DNA of 64,000 bases from Chloroherpetonaceae bacterium (GTDB taxonomy: Bacteria; Bacteroidota; Chlorobiia; Chlorobiales; Thermochlorobacteraceae): the NCBI GenBank assembly GCA_046292465.1, contig JBKBRB010000002.1:159027-223026 (forward strand), given 5' to 3'. This document shows, one piece after another, positions 16,030-25,386 of this stretch. The position numbers and the translations under genes are program-made. Each line of letters starts with the position of its first letter. Position 1 is the first letter of the stretch. Below the pieces are notes generated by a model. The model was not told where the DNA came from and did no database searches. It saw only the letters and a program-made list of their open reading frames with translations.

Positions 16030-19000
16030 CTACCGTAGCATTAAGCCCAAAATCTCTCTCACGGCTTGAATGGCGCGCATTGGCGAATCTTTGTAATTGT
16101 GTTCAAAGGTGATGTCGAGTTTCAATCGCTTTTCATTTTTGAAGATGGGCTGATACTTTTTCATTTCGTTGGATTGAATCGCATCGAGCACTTTGCCAAA
16201 AATTTCGCTTTGATAGTATTCTCTATTGACATCGCCGTCGGGGAAAATGAAGACGCATTTTTTTTCAGCGATTTCGATTCGCGAGAGCGAAAGCCGCGTT
16301 GCCTCAACACGCAACGTGCTAACGGCAAGCAAGTTTTTGACATCGTCAGGCAGTTTTCCAAATCGGTCTTCGAGTTCGTTCTTGAATTGTTCAATCTCTT
16401 CGTGTGTAGTGGCTTTGGAAAGCTTTTCGTAGAGCGCGAAGCGTTCCGACGCCGATTCAACATAAAAACTCGGAATGAGCGCGTTGAAGAAAAAGGTAAC
16501 TTCGCACGGCTTCTCTGCCGATTCTTTCCGCTTCTCTGCTTCTTTGAAGAGGTTTTGAAACTCCGTTGATTTGATTTCAGCGACGGCTTCCTCGAGAATT
16601 TTTTGATACAAATCGAATCCCAAATCAAAGACGAATCCTGATTGTTCTGCGCCGAGCAAATTGCCTGCACCGCGAATGTCCAAATCTCTCAGCGCGACGT
16701 TGAAGCCCGAACCGAGTTCGGTAAATTCTTCAATGGCGGCAAGGCGTTGGAGCGCGTCTTGTGTGAGCGTTGAAGGCGGCGGCGTGAAGAGGTAGCAATA
16801 GGCTTTTCGGTCGCTTCGCCCGACGCGCCCACGCAGTTGATACAAATCCGAAAGTCCGAACATATCGGCGCGGTTGATGATGATGGTATTGACATTGGAA
16901 ATATCCAACCCCGATTCAATAATCGTGGTGCATATCAGCACGTTGAGTTCTTTTTGCAGAAAGTCGAGCATCACTTGCTCGAGTTCTTTGGTCGGCATTT
17001 GTCCGTGTCCGATTCCGATACGCGCTTTTGGCACAAGGCGTTTGACCGTGTCGAGCATATCGCCGAGCGTGTTAATGCGATTGTTGAGAATGAAGACTTG
17101 CCCGCCGCGCCCTAACTCGCGCAATACGGCTTCTTGAAGCAGGTCTTCGTCATACTCGTGCACGATGGTTTCAATCGGCTGTCGATTTTTCGGCGGCGTT
17201 GAAATGATAGAAAGGTCGCGCGCGCCCATCATTGAAAATTGCAGGGTGCGCGGAATCGGTGTGGCGGTGAGTATGAGCGTATCGACGGTCGGAAATTGCT
17301 CGCGCAGTTTTTCTTTTGCCGCAACGCCAAAGTGCTGTTCTTCATCGATGATAAACAAGCCCAAATCTTTGAACTGAATATCTTTTGAAATGATGCGATG
17401 CGTTCCGATGACGATATCGACTTCGCCCGATTTAATTCGTTCAGCAATTCGTTTGGCTTCTTTTGCAGAAATAAAACGCGACAGCACTTCAATGCGCACT
17501 GGGAAATTCTGGAAGCGCAACTTGAAACTGTTGAAATGTTGGTGCGCAAGAATGGTTGTCGGCACAAGCACGGCGACTTGCTTTCCTGATTCAACGGCTT
17601 TGAAAGCGGCGCGCATGGCGACTTCCGTTTTTCCAAACCCTGCATCGCCGCAGATGAGCCTATCCATTGGCGAAGGCGACATCATATCGGCTTTGACGGC
17701 TTCAATGGCGGCGAGTTGGTCGGGGGTTTCCTCGAAAATAAATGCCGCTTCAAATTCGCGTTGCCAAATGCTATCAGGCTTATGTGCGAAGCCTTGCGTG
17801 GCTTTGCGCTTGGCGTAAAGTTGAATCAGGTTGCGCGCAATATCTTTGAGCCGCTTCTTGATTTTTTCCTTTTGCGCGTTCCACTTCTCTGAGCCAAGCC
17901 GCGAGAGCACAGGCTTTGCGCCTTCCGCCGAAGAATACTTCGAGAGCAGATGCAAGTTTTGAAGATTGACGTAAAGACGGTCGCCTTTGTCGTATTGCAC
18001 CAGCACGGCTTCTTGCTCGGAATTGCCCGCCGAAATGCGTTCCATGCCCATGAACACGCCAATGCCGTAATCTTCATGCACGATGTAATCGCCAACTTTG
18101 AGCGCACGCAATTCGCGCAATGAAATTTGACGACGCTTGCGCTTTTTGTGCCGCTTACGCGAATGAAGTTTTCCGAAAACATCAGATTCCGTGTAAAGCG
18201 AAACGCCTTCAAAAACGAAGCCTTCGTAGAAATTTTCAGCAATCGTGTTAATCACCAACTCTCTTACTTCGCTCTCTTGCTCGGAATCTCTTTCGGTTTC
18301 GGCTTCTAAAAACTCGATAATTTCTTTTGTCTCTTTTTGTGATGTTGAGGCGAAAACTACGCTTCTTCCACGCTCGGCATCACCGCGAATCGCTTTGCCA
18401 AATTCCGAAAAGTTTGAGTTGAATTTTTGTTGGGTGCGCGCGCCGAAATCAATTTCACCTTTTCCGATTTTCTGAATTTCAAGTTGTCGGAACGCCTCCA
18501 ATTTCGCCACGATTTCATCTCTTTTGAAAAAGTCAGATTCTTCCACATCAGCACCGTAGTCGAGCGTGTTGTCTGTAATGACAAGGCTTTGCGAGCGAAG
18601 GTAATCCAAGAGCGACTCCGATTCAGACGCCGCTTGTGCCAAATTAGCGACAAGTTCCACTTCTGAAGTTTTCTCTTTTGAGAGTTGCGACTCGACATCA
18701 ATAGTGCGAATGGAGTCCACTTCGTCGCCGAAAAATTCAATGCGAATCGCCTCTTTTGCATCAAACGAAAACACATCAACGATAGAACCGCGCACCGCAA
18801 AATCGCCCTCTTCCTCGATGAAGTCTTTGCGATTGAATCCGTTTTTGATGAGAAACTCTTCCAAACGTGCGTAACCAATCGTTTCGCCTTGTTTGATAGT
18901 GAGTTTTCTTGTTTGAGAGACTGTTTTCGGCAAGACTTTTCGGCACAGTTCCGCAGGCGTGCTTAGAATCAATTTCTTTTCGTTGGAAAGTAGCGACGAA

Positions 19001-19329
19001 AGTGCCAGCGAGGTTTCGGCGGTAAAATCAATTAGGGTTTCTTTGCCTAAAAGAATCGGCAGGTCGTTTTCGTATCGCTCAATGTCTTCGTCGTTGCAGA
19101 TGAGTAGCATTGAGGCTTGTTCTTGCTTAAAGACTTCGGCAATTACCAACGACGAGAGCGAGCCTTGCAAGCCTGAAACGGTTAATTTTCTTGTTTGAAG
19201 TTGTAATTTATTGAGAAGTGCAAGCAGTAAGGGAGAGCGTGAAATTTTTGAAATGAAACTCGCGAGCGAAATTTTTTCGCTCTCAATGCGAAGGGCTTCT
19301 GTTGGAGAAGCGGCGTGATTTGGATTCAT
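16030..19329 (-). CDS. mfd: transcription-repair coupling factor
   Basis: 1099 aa. The CarD-like region reads GDYIVHEDYGIG, and the helicase motifs are GDAGFGKTEVAMRAAF and DEEQHFGV. A TRG motif region and C-terminal domain are also present. Confidence 0.95.
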   Translation of the reverse strand: MNPNHAASPTEALRIESEKISLASFISKISRSPLLLALLNKLQLQTRKLTVSGLQGSLSSLVIAEVFKQEQASMLLICNDEDIERYENDLPILLGKETLIDFTAETSLALSSLLSNEKKLILSTPAELCRKVLPKTVSQTRKLTIKQGETIGYARLEEFLIKNGFNRKDFIEEEGDFAVRGSIVDVFSFDAKEAIRIEFFGDEVDSIRTIDVESQLSKEKTSEVELVANLAQAASESESLLDYLRSQSLVITDNTLDYGADVEESDFFKRDEIVAKLEAFRQLEIQKIGKGEIDFGARTQQKFNSNFSEFGKAIRGDAERGRSVVFASTSQKETKEIIEFLEAETERDSEQESEVRELVINTIAENFYEGFVFEGVSLYTESDVFGKLHSRKRHKKRKRRQISLRELRALKVGDYIVHEDYGIGVFMGMERISAGNSEQEAVLVQYDKGDRLYVNLQNLHLLSKYSSAEGAKPVLSRLGSEKWNAQKEKIKKRLKDIARNLIQLYAKRKATQGFAHKPDSIWQREFEAAFIFEETPDQLAAIEAVKADMMSPSPMDRLICGDAGFGKTEVAMRAAFKAVESGKQVAVLVPTTILAHQHFNSFKLRFQNFPVRIEVLSRFISAKEAKRIAERIKSGEVDIVIGTHRIISKDIQFKDLGLFIIDEEQHFGVAAKEKLREQFPTVDTLILTATPIPRTLQFSMMGARDLSIISTPPKNRQPIETIVHEYDEDLLQEAVLRELGRGGQVFILNNRINTLGDMLDTVKRLVPKARIGIGHGQMPTKELEQVMLDFLQKELNVLICTTIIESGLDISNVNTIIINRADMFGLSDLYQLRGRVGRSDRKAYCYLFTPPPSTLTQDALQRLAAIEEFTELGSGFNVALRDLDIRGAGNLLGAEQSGFVFDLGFDLYQKILEEAVAEIKSTEFQNLFKEAEKRKESAEKPCEVTFFFNALIPSFYVESASERFALYEKLSKATTHEEIEQFKNELEDRFGKLPDDVKNLLAVSTLRVEATRLSLSRIEIAEKKCVFIFPDGDVNREYYQSEIFGKVLDAIQSNEMKKYQPIFKNEKRLKLDITFEHNYKDSPMRAIQAVREILGLMLR

Positions 19330-19341
19330 TCGTTGGTTTGT

Positions 19342-19375
19342 TCAAATTGAATCGTGCATCAAATTGAATTGTGCA
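19342..19375. repeat. 2 x 17-bp tandem direct repeat (TCAAATTGAAT[C/T]GTGCA)
   Basis: The units occupy 19342-19358 and 19359-19375 and match at 16 of 17 positions. They begin 13 nt upstream of the mfd start codon (19329). Confidence 0.8.
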
Positions 19376-19571
19376 ATTATACAGATTTGCGTTGAAAGAC
19401 GTTCCTTTGCTTTTGCGATTGCTTACGAGTTGCGTTTGCCTAAAAAAAGGCTAAATCGTCCGAATGAAACGCGCTTGAAGTTTGAAAACCTTTTTGTGCG
19501 GCGTAACTTTGAATGAAGCAGTTTAGACATACCATCACACTTAACGGCTGTTCAAAAAGGAGATTTGAATT

Positions 19572-19964
19572 ATGGCAGAGCCAAAGAAACTTTCCCCGAT
19601 GATGCAAAAGAAATTGGCAGAGCAGCAAGCCAAAGGTGCAACGTCCGAAGCCAAAGCGGATACGCCTGCTGAAACGCCTGCCGCTGCACCGAAACCTGCG
19701 CCCGAGGCTGCAGCACAACCCGCAACGGCGGTTGCTAAGCCTGCGCCAAAAGTTGAAGGTGCATCAACCATGCCCAAAATGACCACCGGCAAACTGGAAA
19801 AAAATCCAAACGGAGAACGCTACGGCTACGGCGATGGACTTGCGTCCACATTTGGCACGCCGCCCGCCATCGACGACGCTTACGACGCCGTGCGCATCGT
19901 CTCGAAAATTCCTGCAACGATCTTAGACGGCGTGATTACCTTCTTCAAGAAAGTAACGAGCTAA
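19572..19964 (+). CDS. hypothetical protein with Ala/Pro-rich low-complexity N-terminal half
   Basis: AAAAGGAG lies 8 nt upstream of the ATG, and the gene is followed by a terminator hairpin. I recognise no domain. Confidence 0.55.
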   Translation: MAEPKKLSPMMQKKLAEQQAKGATSEAKADTPAETPAAAPKPAPEAAAQPATAVAKPAPKVEGASTMPKMTTGKLEKNPNGERYGYGDGLASTFGTPPAIDDAYDAVRIVSKIPATILDGVITFFKKVTS

Positions 19965-19970
19965 TTGAGC

Positions 19971-20007
19971 AACGCTGACGCTCCAAACAAGCGTTCAGCG
20001 TTTTTTA
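19971..20007. terminator. rho-independent terminator shared by convergent genes
   Basis: An 11-bp stem with one bulge (AACGCTGACGC / GCGTTCAGCGTT) has a 9-nt loop and is followed by TTTTTT. The stop of the minus-strand GT2 pseudogene lies at 20005-20007. Confidence 0.7.
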
Positions 20008-20633
20008 TGCGCGGATACACTTCCAAATCGCACGAAGCACACTGAAAGTGTCGTGCCACCGAATTTTTTTCCTTCCTTAAAACTTCGAGCACGATACTCG
20101 ATTTCCACTTCTGCAATTTTCATATCCTTTTCACAGGCGGCGATGTCGGAAAATCGCAATCCCGAAAATTGAAAAGAAATGTGAGCAGGCGATTTGCCAG
20201 CGTGTTGAAAAAGTATGCGCCGCTTTGTTCCTCGCGTTGAGTTTGTTTGAAGCAGAGAGCCGAAGACATGTCGGCTTGGTTGTTCAAAATTGGGGCAAGC
20301 ATTTTGCCGTAATCGCTCGGCGCGTATTCAAGGTCGGCGTCTTGAATCAGTACAATTTCTTCCTGACGCGAAACGCAATTTCTCGCGCACGGCTCGCCCT
20401 TTGCCTTGATTGGTTGAATGCTTGTGCAGATGTTGGATTTTGTGGTCGCGTAGCAATTCAAGCGCAATGTCGGCGGTGCTATCGGTTGAGGTATTATCAA
20501 TCACGATGAGTTCTTTTTCAAGTGGAAGGGCAACATGGTGAATGCGCTCGATGAGCCGCGCTATCGTTTTGGCTTCGTTATAGGCGGGAATGATAACGCC
20601 GAGTTTCACAATTTCGCCATCAATTATGACCAA
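20005..20633 (-). pseudogene. family 2 glycosyltransferase (DPM1/GtrB-like) pseudogene with two frameshifts and an internal deletion
   Basis: Frame a reads GVIIPAYNEAKTIARLIERI...IVIDNTSTDSTADIA...NQGKGRAVRE. The shift to frame b falls near 20358-20366, giving EEIVLIQDADLEYAPSDYGKMLAPIL...NTLANRLLTFLFNF. The shift to frame c falls near 20175-20180, giving SGLRFSDIAACEK then directly MKIAEVEIEYRARSFKEGKKIRWHD...stop. About 35 aa expected between CEK and EVxIxY are missing. Confidence 0.7.
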
Positions 20634-20772
20634 CCATTTTTAAGTTTGTGAAATATACCTTCTTCTTTCGGGCTACGGTCGGGCTTTGTGATTCGGCGCA
20701 AATGCGTATTTTAATTTTACTTTACACATCTCACCAATTGTTTAAAACCAATTTGTTTAACATTTTTAACCA

Positions 20773-23313
20773 ATGTCTGACTTCAAAGATTCAGGGATTC
20801 GCAAAGCAATTTTAATGGCAGGAGGATTCGGAACGCGCCTGCGCCCACTCACCATCAACATTCCCAAGCCGCTCGTTCCGATGATGAATCGCCCCATGAT
20901 GCATCACATCGCCAACCTGCTCAAAAATTATGGCGTTAAAGAAATCACCTCGCTTCTTTACTATCAACCCGAACATATTCGCAACTACTTCGGCGACGGC
21001 AAGAAGTTCGGCTTCAAGATGAACTACATTCAAGCCGATGCCGATTACGGCACAGCAGGTAGCGTGCGCAACGCATATGACTTCATCGATGGTCGCTTTA
21101 TCGTCATTAGCGGCGATGTGCTCACCGATTTCGACCTTGCCAAAGCCGTCGCCTATCATCAAGAGCGTGGCGCAAAAGCCACGATGGTGCTCACGCGCGT
21201 CAAGAATCCGCTTCAGTTTGGCGTTGTCATTACGGACAAAGATGGCAAGGTTACACGCTTTCTCGAGAAACCTTCGTGGGGCGAAGTCTTCAGCGACACG
21301 ATTAACACCGGCATCTACATTTTAGAGCGTGAGGTGATGGATTTGATTCCCTATCGCGAAGATTACGATTTCTCAAAAGACTTATTCCCGAAAATGCTTC
21401 GCGAAAACTTAGGGCTTTACGGCTACATCGCCGATGGCTATTGGCGCGATGTTGGCACGCTTGCCGAGTATCAAGAGGCGCACTTGGATTGCTTGCACGG
21501 GCGCGTTGCGATTGATTTTTATGAAGGCTATGAAAAATTGGCGACGGGAATTTATGCACATAAATCCGCCAAAGTTGACCTTGCCAAGTGCAAACTCTCG
21601 GGCACCGTTTTGATTGGCAAGAATTGCAAAATTGGCGATGGCGTTGTGCTTCATAATTCCGTTGTGGGCGACAATGTTCACATTGGCGACGGCACTCGTC
21701 TTGATAAGACGGTTATATGGGAAAACACACGCATCGGCGAAGGGTGTAAAATTACGCTCGCCGTCATTTGCGCCAACGTCAAAATCGGCGACGAAGTTAA
21801 AATTGAAGAGCAAGTCTTTATTGCCGATAAATGCACGGTTGGCAACGGCGCATCGATTCGCTCCAACATTAAAATCTGGCCTGAAAAAGACATTGAATCC
21901 GGCGCAATTCTCACGCAAAGTTTGATTTGGGAATCGCGTTGGTCGCGCGAACTTTTTGCTGGCTCGCGCATCACGGGTTTAGCTAATATCGAAATCAACC
22001 CTGAATTTGCCGCCAAACTTGGCGCGGCTTACGGCACGATTCTTCCCGAAGGCTCGAGCGTAACGGTCAGCCGTGATGTCGATAAGGTTTCGCGCATGAT
22101 TAACCGCGCGATGATTTCAGGCTTGCTTTCCGCCGGCGTTACAGTCAATGATTTGCAAGCCACCCCGATTCCGATTGCACGACATCGCCTTAAAAACGGC
22201 ACGGAAATGGGTGGCGTGCATGTGCGCAAGTCGCCGTTCGATAAACGCCTGTGCGACATCATCTTTTTTGACAAAGGCGGACAAGACCTTTCCGTCGCCA
22301 AATCCAAGAGCGTCGAGCGTACTTTTTTCGGAGAAGATTACCGCAGAGCCAATTACGAGAACGTCGGCAATCTCAACTTTCCCGAACGCACGCTTGAAAG
22401 TTACACTGACGCCTTTCTCAACAACATCGATGCCGAAGCGATTCGCAAAGCACGACTTCGCGTCGCGATTGATTACTCCAACGGCGCGGCGGCGACGCTC
22501 TTCCCAAGCATTATCGGCAGTCTGGGGCTCGACATCATCTCGCTGAATGCGTATTTGGATTCATCGAAGTTCACTCGAAGTGCGGAAGAATTTTTCGAAG
22601 CCGCCGATAAACTCTCGGGCGTGGTTTTGCAACTTGGCTACGATATTGGCTTTATGCTTGACGGCGGCGCAGAGCGCATTTTTGTTGTCGATGAGCGCGG
22701 CAAATTTTTGGAGCATCAGCGATTGCTCACGCTCGTAACACTGCTCTATCTCGAAACGCACCCTGAAACGAAGAAAATCGCCGTTCCCATCACGGCGTCG
22801 CAACAAGTTGATGACATTTGCCGCGAGCGCAATGTGAGCGTGGTTCGCACAGGCGATAATCACTTGGATTTAATGCGCGTGGTGCTTTCCGACCCGGAAA
22901 TCGCCTTTGTTGGCGGCACGAAGGGCGGATTTATTTTCCCGAAATTCCTCTTCGCCGTCGATGGCATGTTCTCAGCAGTCAAAATCATGGAGTTAATGGC
23001 AAAGTCCAAGTTGCGCATTGCTGAACTTGATGCCCGCTATCCTGAACGCTATTTCATTGTCAAGCGCAACGTGGCTTGCCCGCGCGACTTGAAAGGCAAA
23101 ATGATGCGCAAAATTATGGAAGATACAGCGGGTAACTATCGCGTTTTGATTGACGGCGTGAAAATTATCTACGACAACGAAACCTCGCTCTTGCTCTTGC
23201 CCGACCGCGAGCGAGATATTTTCCACATCAACGCCGAATCGCGCTCGAAAAGCCGCGCCACGCGCCTTGTCTCGGAGTATGAAAAAAAATTAACGGAATG
23301 GATTGCCGAGTAA
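20773..23313 (+). CDS. bifunctional sugar-phosphate nucleotidyltransferase (mannose-1-phosphate guanylyltransferase-like) / phosphomannomutase-like protein
   Basis: The N-terminus has MAGGFGTRLRPLTINIPKPLVPM, followed by left-handed beta-helix hexapeptide repeats. The C-terminal four-domain PGM/PMM-like region has a divergent active-site loop (HVRKSPFD). Confidence 0.8.
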   Translation: MSDFKDSGIRKAILMAGGFGTRLRPLTINIPKPLVPMMNRPMMHHIANLLKNYGVKEITSLLYYQPEHIRNYFGDGKKFGFKMNYIQADADYGTAGSVRNAYDFIDGRFIVISGDVLTDFDLAKAVAYHQERGAKATMVLTRVKNPLQFGVVITDKDGKVTRFLEKPSWGEVFSDTINTGIYILEREVMDLIPYREDYDFSKDLFPKMLRENLGLYGYIADGYWRDVGTLAEYQEAHLDCLHGRVAIDFYEGYEKLATGIYAHKSAKVDLAKCKLSGTVLIGKNCKIGDGVVLHNSVVGDNVHIGDGTRLDKTVIWENTRIGEGCKITLAVICANVKIGDEVKIEEQVFIADKCTVGNGASIRSNIKIWPEKDIESGAILTQSLIWESRWSRELFAGSRITGLANIEINPEFAAKLGAAYGTILPEGSSVTVSRDVDKVSRMINRAMISGLLSAGVTVNDLQATPIPIARHRLKNGTEMGGVHVRKSPFDKRLCDIIFFDKGGQDLSVAKSKSVERTFFGEDYRRANYENVGNLNFPERTLESYTDAFLNNIDAEAIRKARLRVAIDYSNGAAATLFPSIIGSLGLDIISLNAYLDSSKFTRSAEEFFEAADKLSGVVLQLGYDIGFMLDGGAERIFVVDERGKFLEHQRLLTLVTLLYLETHPETKKIAVPITASQQVDDICRERNVSVVRTGDNHLDLMRVVLSDPEIAFVGGTKGGFIFPKFLFAVDGMFSAVKIMELMAKSKLRIAELDARYPERYFIVKRNVACPRDLKGKMMRKIMEDTAGNYRVLIDGVKIIYDNETSLLLLPDRERDIFHINAESRSKSRATRLVSEYEKKLTEWIAE

Positions 23314-23397
23314 CCGTTGTGGCGCGATTGCGCCCTTTGACGCCAAAGCGCGTTTCGTAACTTCAATTCAATTTGAACGGCTTCAATTTCAACGGCA

Positions 23398-24123
23398 ATG
23401 CGCCTCACTTTTTTCTTGCTATTGACTTTGCTTTTTTCGAGCGTTTCGCTTTTTGCTCAACCAGGTTCAGAGCAACATCCTGTGGTTACTGAGCCTTTTC
23501 GTTCTTCGCTTCAAGCCTCTGTTCAGCCGAAGTCGGCTCTTGTTGGTGCGGCTCTTTCGCTTTTACTTCCGGGAATGGGCGAAGTTTATGCAGGCAATTT
23601 CCAGTCGGGGCGATACTTTCTCGGTGCAGAGATTGCAATGCTCTTAGGCATTGGCACACAGTATGTTCGCGGCTCGAGTTTTGAGTCCGACTACAAAGTT
23701 TTAGCACGCACTAACGCTGGCGTTTCGGGGGATAAGGACGAACAATTTTGGCGCGATATTTCCTCGTTCAGCAGTATTGACGACTTCAACGCCGACCGCC
23801 TGCGCAACCGCGACTTCGGACGGCTCTACAACCCACAAACGCACTTCTGGCAATGGAACAGCGAAGTCGACCGTAGGCAATTTCGCGATTTAAGAATCCA
23901 AAGCGATAAAGCCTATCAATCCATTTACTACTTCTTTGCCGCCATGGGCATTAACCGCGTGTTAAGCATGATCAACGCTGTGCGCGGTATTAACGCCTTC
24001 AACGAAACGCACGGCTTTTCCAACGACGATGGTCTTGGAACATCGCTCTATTTTCTCCCCGAGCACCGCACCGTTTCCCCGATTCCTGACGGCATACGCG
24101 CCGAGTTTCGAGTCGGATTTTAG
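23398..24123 (+). CDS. hypothetical exported/membrane protein
   Basis: Signal peptide (LFSSVSLFAQ). A hydrophobic segment LSLLLPGMGEVYAGN is present. The family is not assigned. Confidence 0.5.
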   Translation: MRLTFFLLLTLLFSSVSLFAQPGSEQHPVVTEPFRSSLQASVQPKSALVGAALSLLLPGMGEVYAGNFQSGRYFLGAEIAMLLGIGTQYVRGSSFESDYKVLARTNAGVSGDKDEQFWRDISSFSSIDDFNADRLRNRDFGRLYNPQTHFWQWNSEVDRRQFRDLRIQSDKAYQSIYYFFAAMGINRVLSMINAVRGINAFNETHGFSNDDGLGTSLYFLPEHRTVSPIPDGIRAEFRVGF

Positions 24124-24298
24124 GCGAAATTGGCTCAAAATCGCCAACCGACCTAAAATTTTTGACTCGGTCGCGCAAAAATGTGCTTAGTATTTTGGAA
24201 ATATCGTGCTTAGATTGCTATCTTTGCGTTCGTCAAAGCGCAATGCTAACGCGCTTCGCCAAAACAGAATCGGCATTAACACTGAAATGCGTCTATTT

Positions 24299-24340
24299 TC
24301 CAGTCAGCAAAGTAGCGCATTGGCTCTCCAGTCAGCAGAG
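24299..24340. repeat. 14-nt direct repeat pair TCCAGTCAGCA[A/G]AG
   Basis: The copies lie at 24299-24312 and 24327-24340 and match at 13 of 14 positions. They sit in the 458-nt ORF-poor region upstream of the OmpR-type response regulator. Confidence 0.7.
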
Positions 24341-24369
24341 CTCAAAAGACCGGTGTTTAACACTATCAT

Positions 24370-24387
24370 CTCGCATTACTCGCATTA
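24370..24387. repeat. perfect 2 x 9-bp tandem repeat CTCGCATTA
   Basis: It spans 24370-24378 and 24379-24387. The CGCATT core recurs at 24316-24321 and, inverted (AATGCG), at 24286-24291. Confidence 0.7.
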
Positions 24388-24581
24388 AAGAGTTTTCAAG
24401 CAAACTTCACAGAATTAGGGATAGTTGTGCCAAGTTGTTGGGTTTGAATCGATTAAGTCGCAGGTCAGGCATAAGCCAAAAAACGGTAACGATGCGCGAG
24501 TTGAGAAGTTTATGTTCTTTTGGTTGCACGAAAACATTGAATTCAAAACTGTAACACCACTACAACCAAATTCTACTCTAT

Positions 24582-25289
24582 ATGCAGAATGCTAAAGCAA
24601 AAACGATTCTTATTGGCGATGACGATTTTCAGTATGTGAATTGGCTTCGCACAACGCTCGAAAAAGAAGGATACAGCGTTGTTTGGGCGCAAAATGCGTC
24701 GGAAGTTATGTCCAAAATCAGCACGAAACCGACTGCCGTTATTGTCGATTTTATGCGTGGGCAATCCGTCGGTCTCGACCTCTGCCGCGAACTTCGCAAC
24801 CTCCCTGAGTTCAAACATCTTCCTATCATCATGCTGACACGCAAACGCGAAGATTCCGACGAAGCGATGGGTTTGGAAGTCGGTGCTGATGATTACATTC
24901 ATAAATCTGTGAGCAATCGTGTGCTATCGGCGCGTCTTCGCAATGTCCTCAAACGCAGCCATGCTCTTGAATCGGACAATGTCGAAGAAACCGCCTCTGA
25001 AATAACACTCGGCGATCTTGTCATCAATCGGCAAATCCATACCGTTTTGCTGAAAGGCAAAGAAGTTTTCTTGCCCCGCAAAGAGTTTGAACTCTTGTGG
25101 CTTCTTGCTGCCAACAAAGGCAAAGTGTTTTCACGCGAAATTTTGCTTCGCCGCGTTTGGGGCGAAGGCGTGTATGTAACCGACCGCACTGTCGATGTTC
25201 ATATCTGCAAAATTCGTCAGCGGCTCGGTGAGTTCGGGCAAGAAAATTTGGAAACCATCAAAGGCGTTGGCTACCGAATTAAAGCCTAA
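24582..25289 (+). CDS. OmpR/PhoB-family response regulator (receiver plus winged-helix DNA-binding domain)
   Basis: The receiver has ILIGDDD, AVIVDF and the conserved Lys context ADDYIHKS. The C-terminus reads LPRKEFELLWLLAANKGKVFSREILL...TVDVHICKIRQRL...GVGYRI. No histidine kinase is in the window. Confidence 0.9.
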   Translation: MQNAKAKTILIGDDDFQYVNWLRTTLEKEGYSVVWAQNASEVMSKISTKPTAVIVDFMRGQSVGLDLCRELRNLPEFKHLPIIMLTRKREDSDEAMGLEVGADDYIHKSVSNRVLSARLRNVLKRSHALESDNVEETASEITLGDLVINRQIHTVLLKGKEVFLPRKEFELLWLLAANKGKVFSREILLRRVWGEGVYVTDRTVDVHICKIRQRLGEFGQENLETIKGVGYRIKA

Positions 25290-25326
25290 TGCCTGCTGCG
25301 CTTTTTTTCCTGCAAGCGACTCTTAC

Positions 25327-25368
25327 AGACGACGTGAATCTTCACAGGTTCTCGTCGTCTTTTAATTT
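25327..25368 (+). terminator. possible terminator after the response-regulator gene
   Basis: An 8-bp perfect stem AGACGACG / CGTCGTCT encloses an inner GTGAA/TTCAC stem. It is followed by TTTAATTT, which is a weak T-run. Confidence 0.45.
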
Positions 25369-25386
25369 CAACAGATTGAATTTGGA

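Noticed and set aside
16066-18966. Numerous 60-173-aa ORFs on both strands inside mfd
   Set aside because: All overlap the 1099-aa Mfd frame, which carries unambiguous helicase motifs. They are compositional shadows.
21409-21918. 169-aa antisense ORF inside the nucleotidyltransferase gene
   Set aside because: It lies over the hexapeptide-repeat (left-handed beta-helix) region. The periodic codons of that region commonly keep the opposite strand open.
24441-24460. GGGTTTGAATC resembling a tRNA T-loop
   Set aside because: No complementary T-stem, acceptor stem or anticodon arm can be drawn around it.
24162-24554. 130-aa ORF in the long spacer before the response regulator
   Set aside because: It has a Ser/Arg/Leu/Cys-rich composition, no ribosome-binding context and no recognisable family. 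The region is better described by its short DNA repeats.
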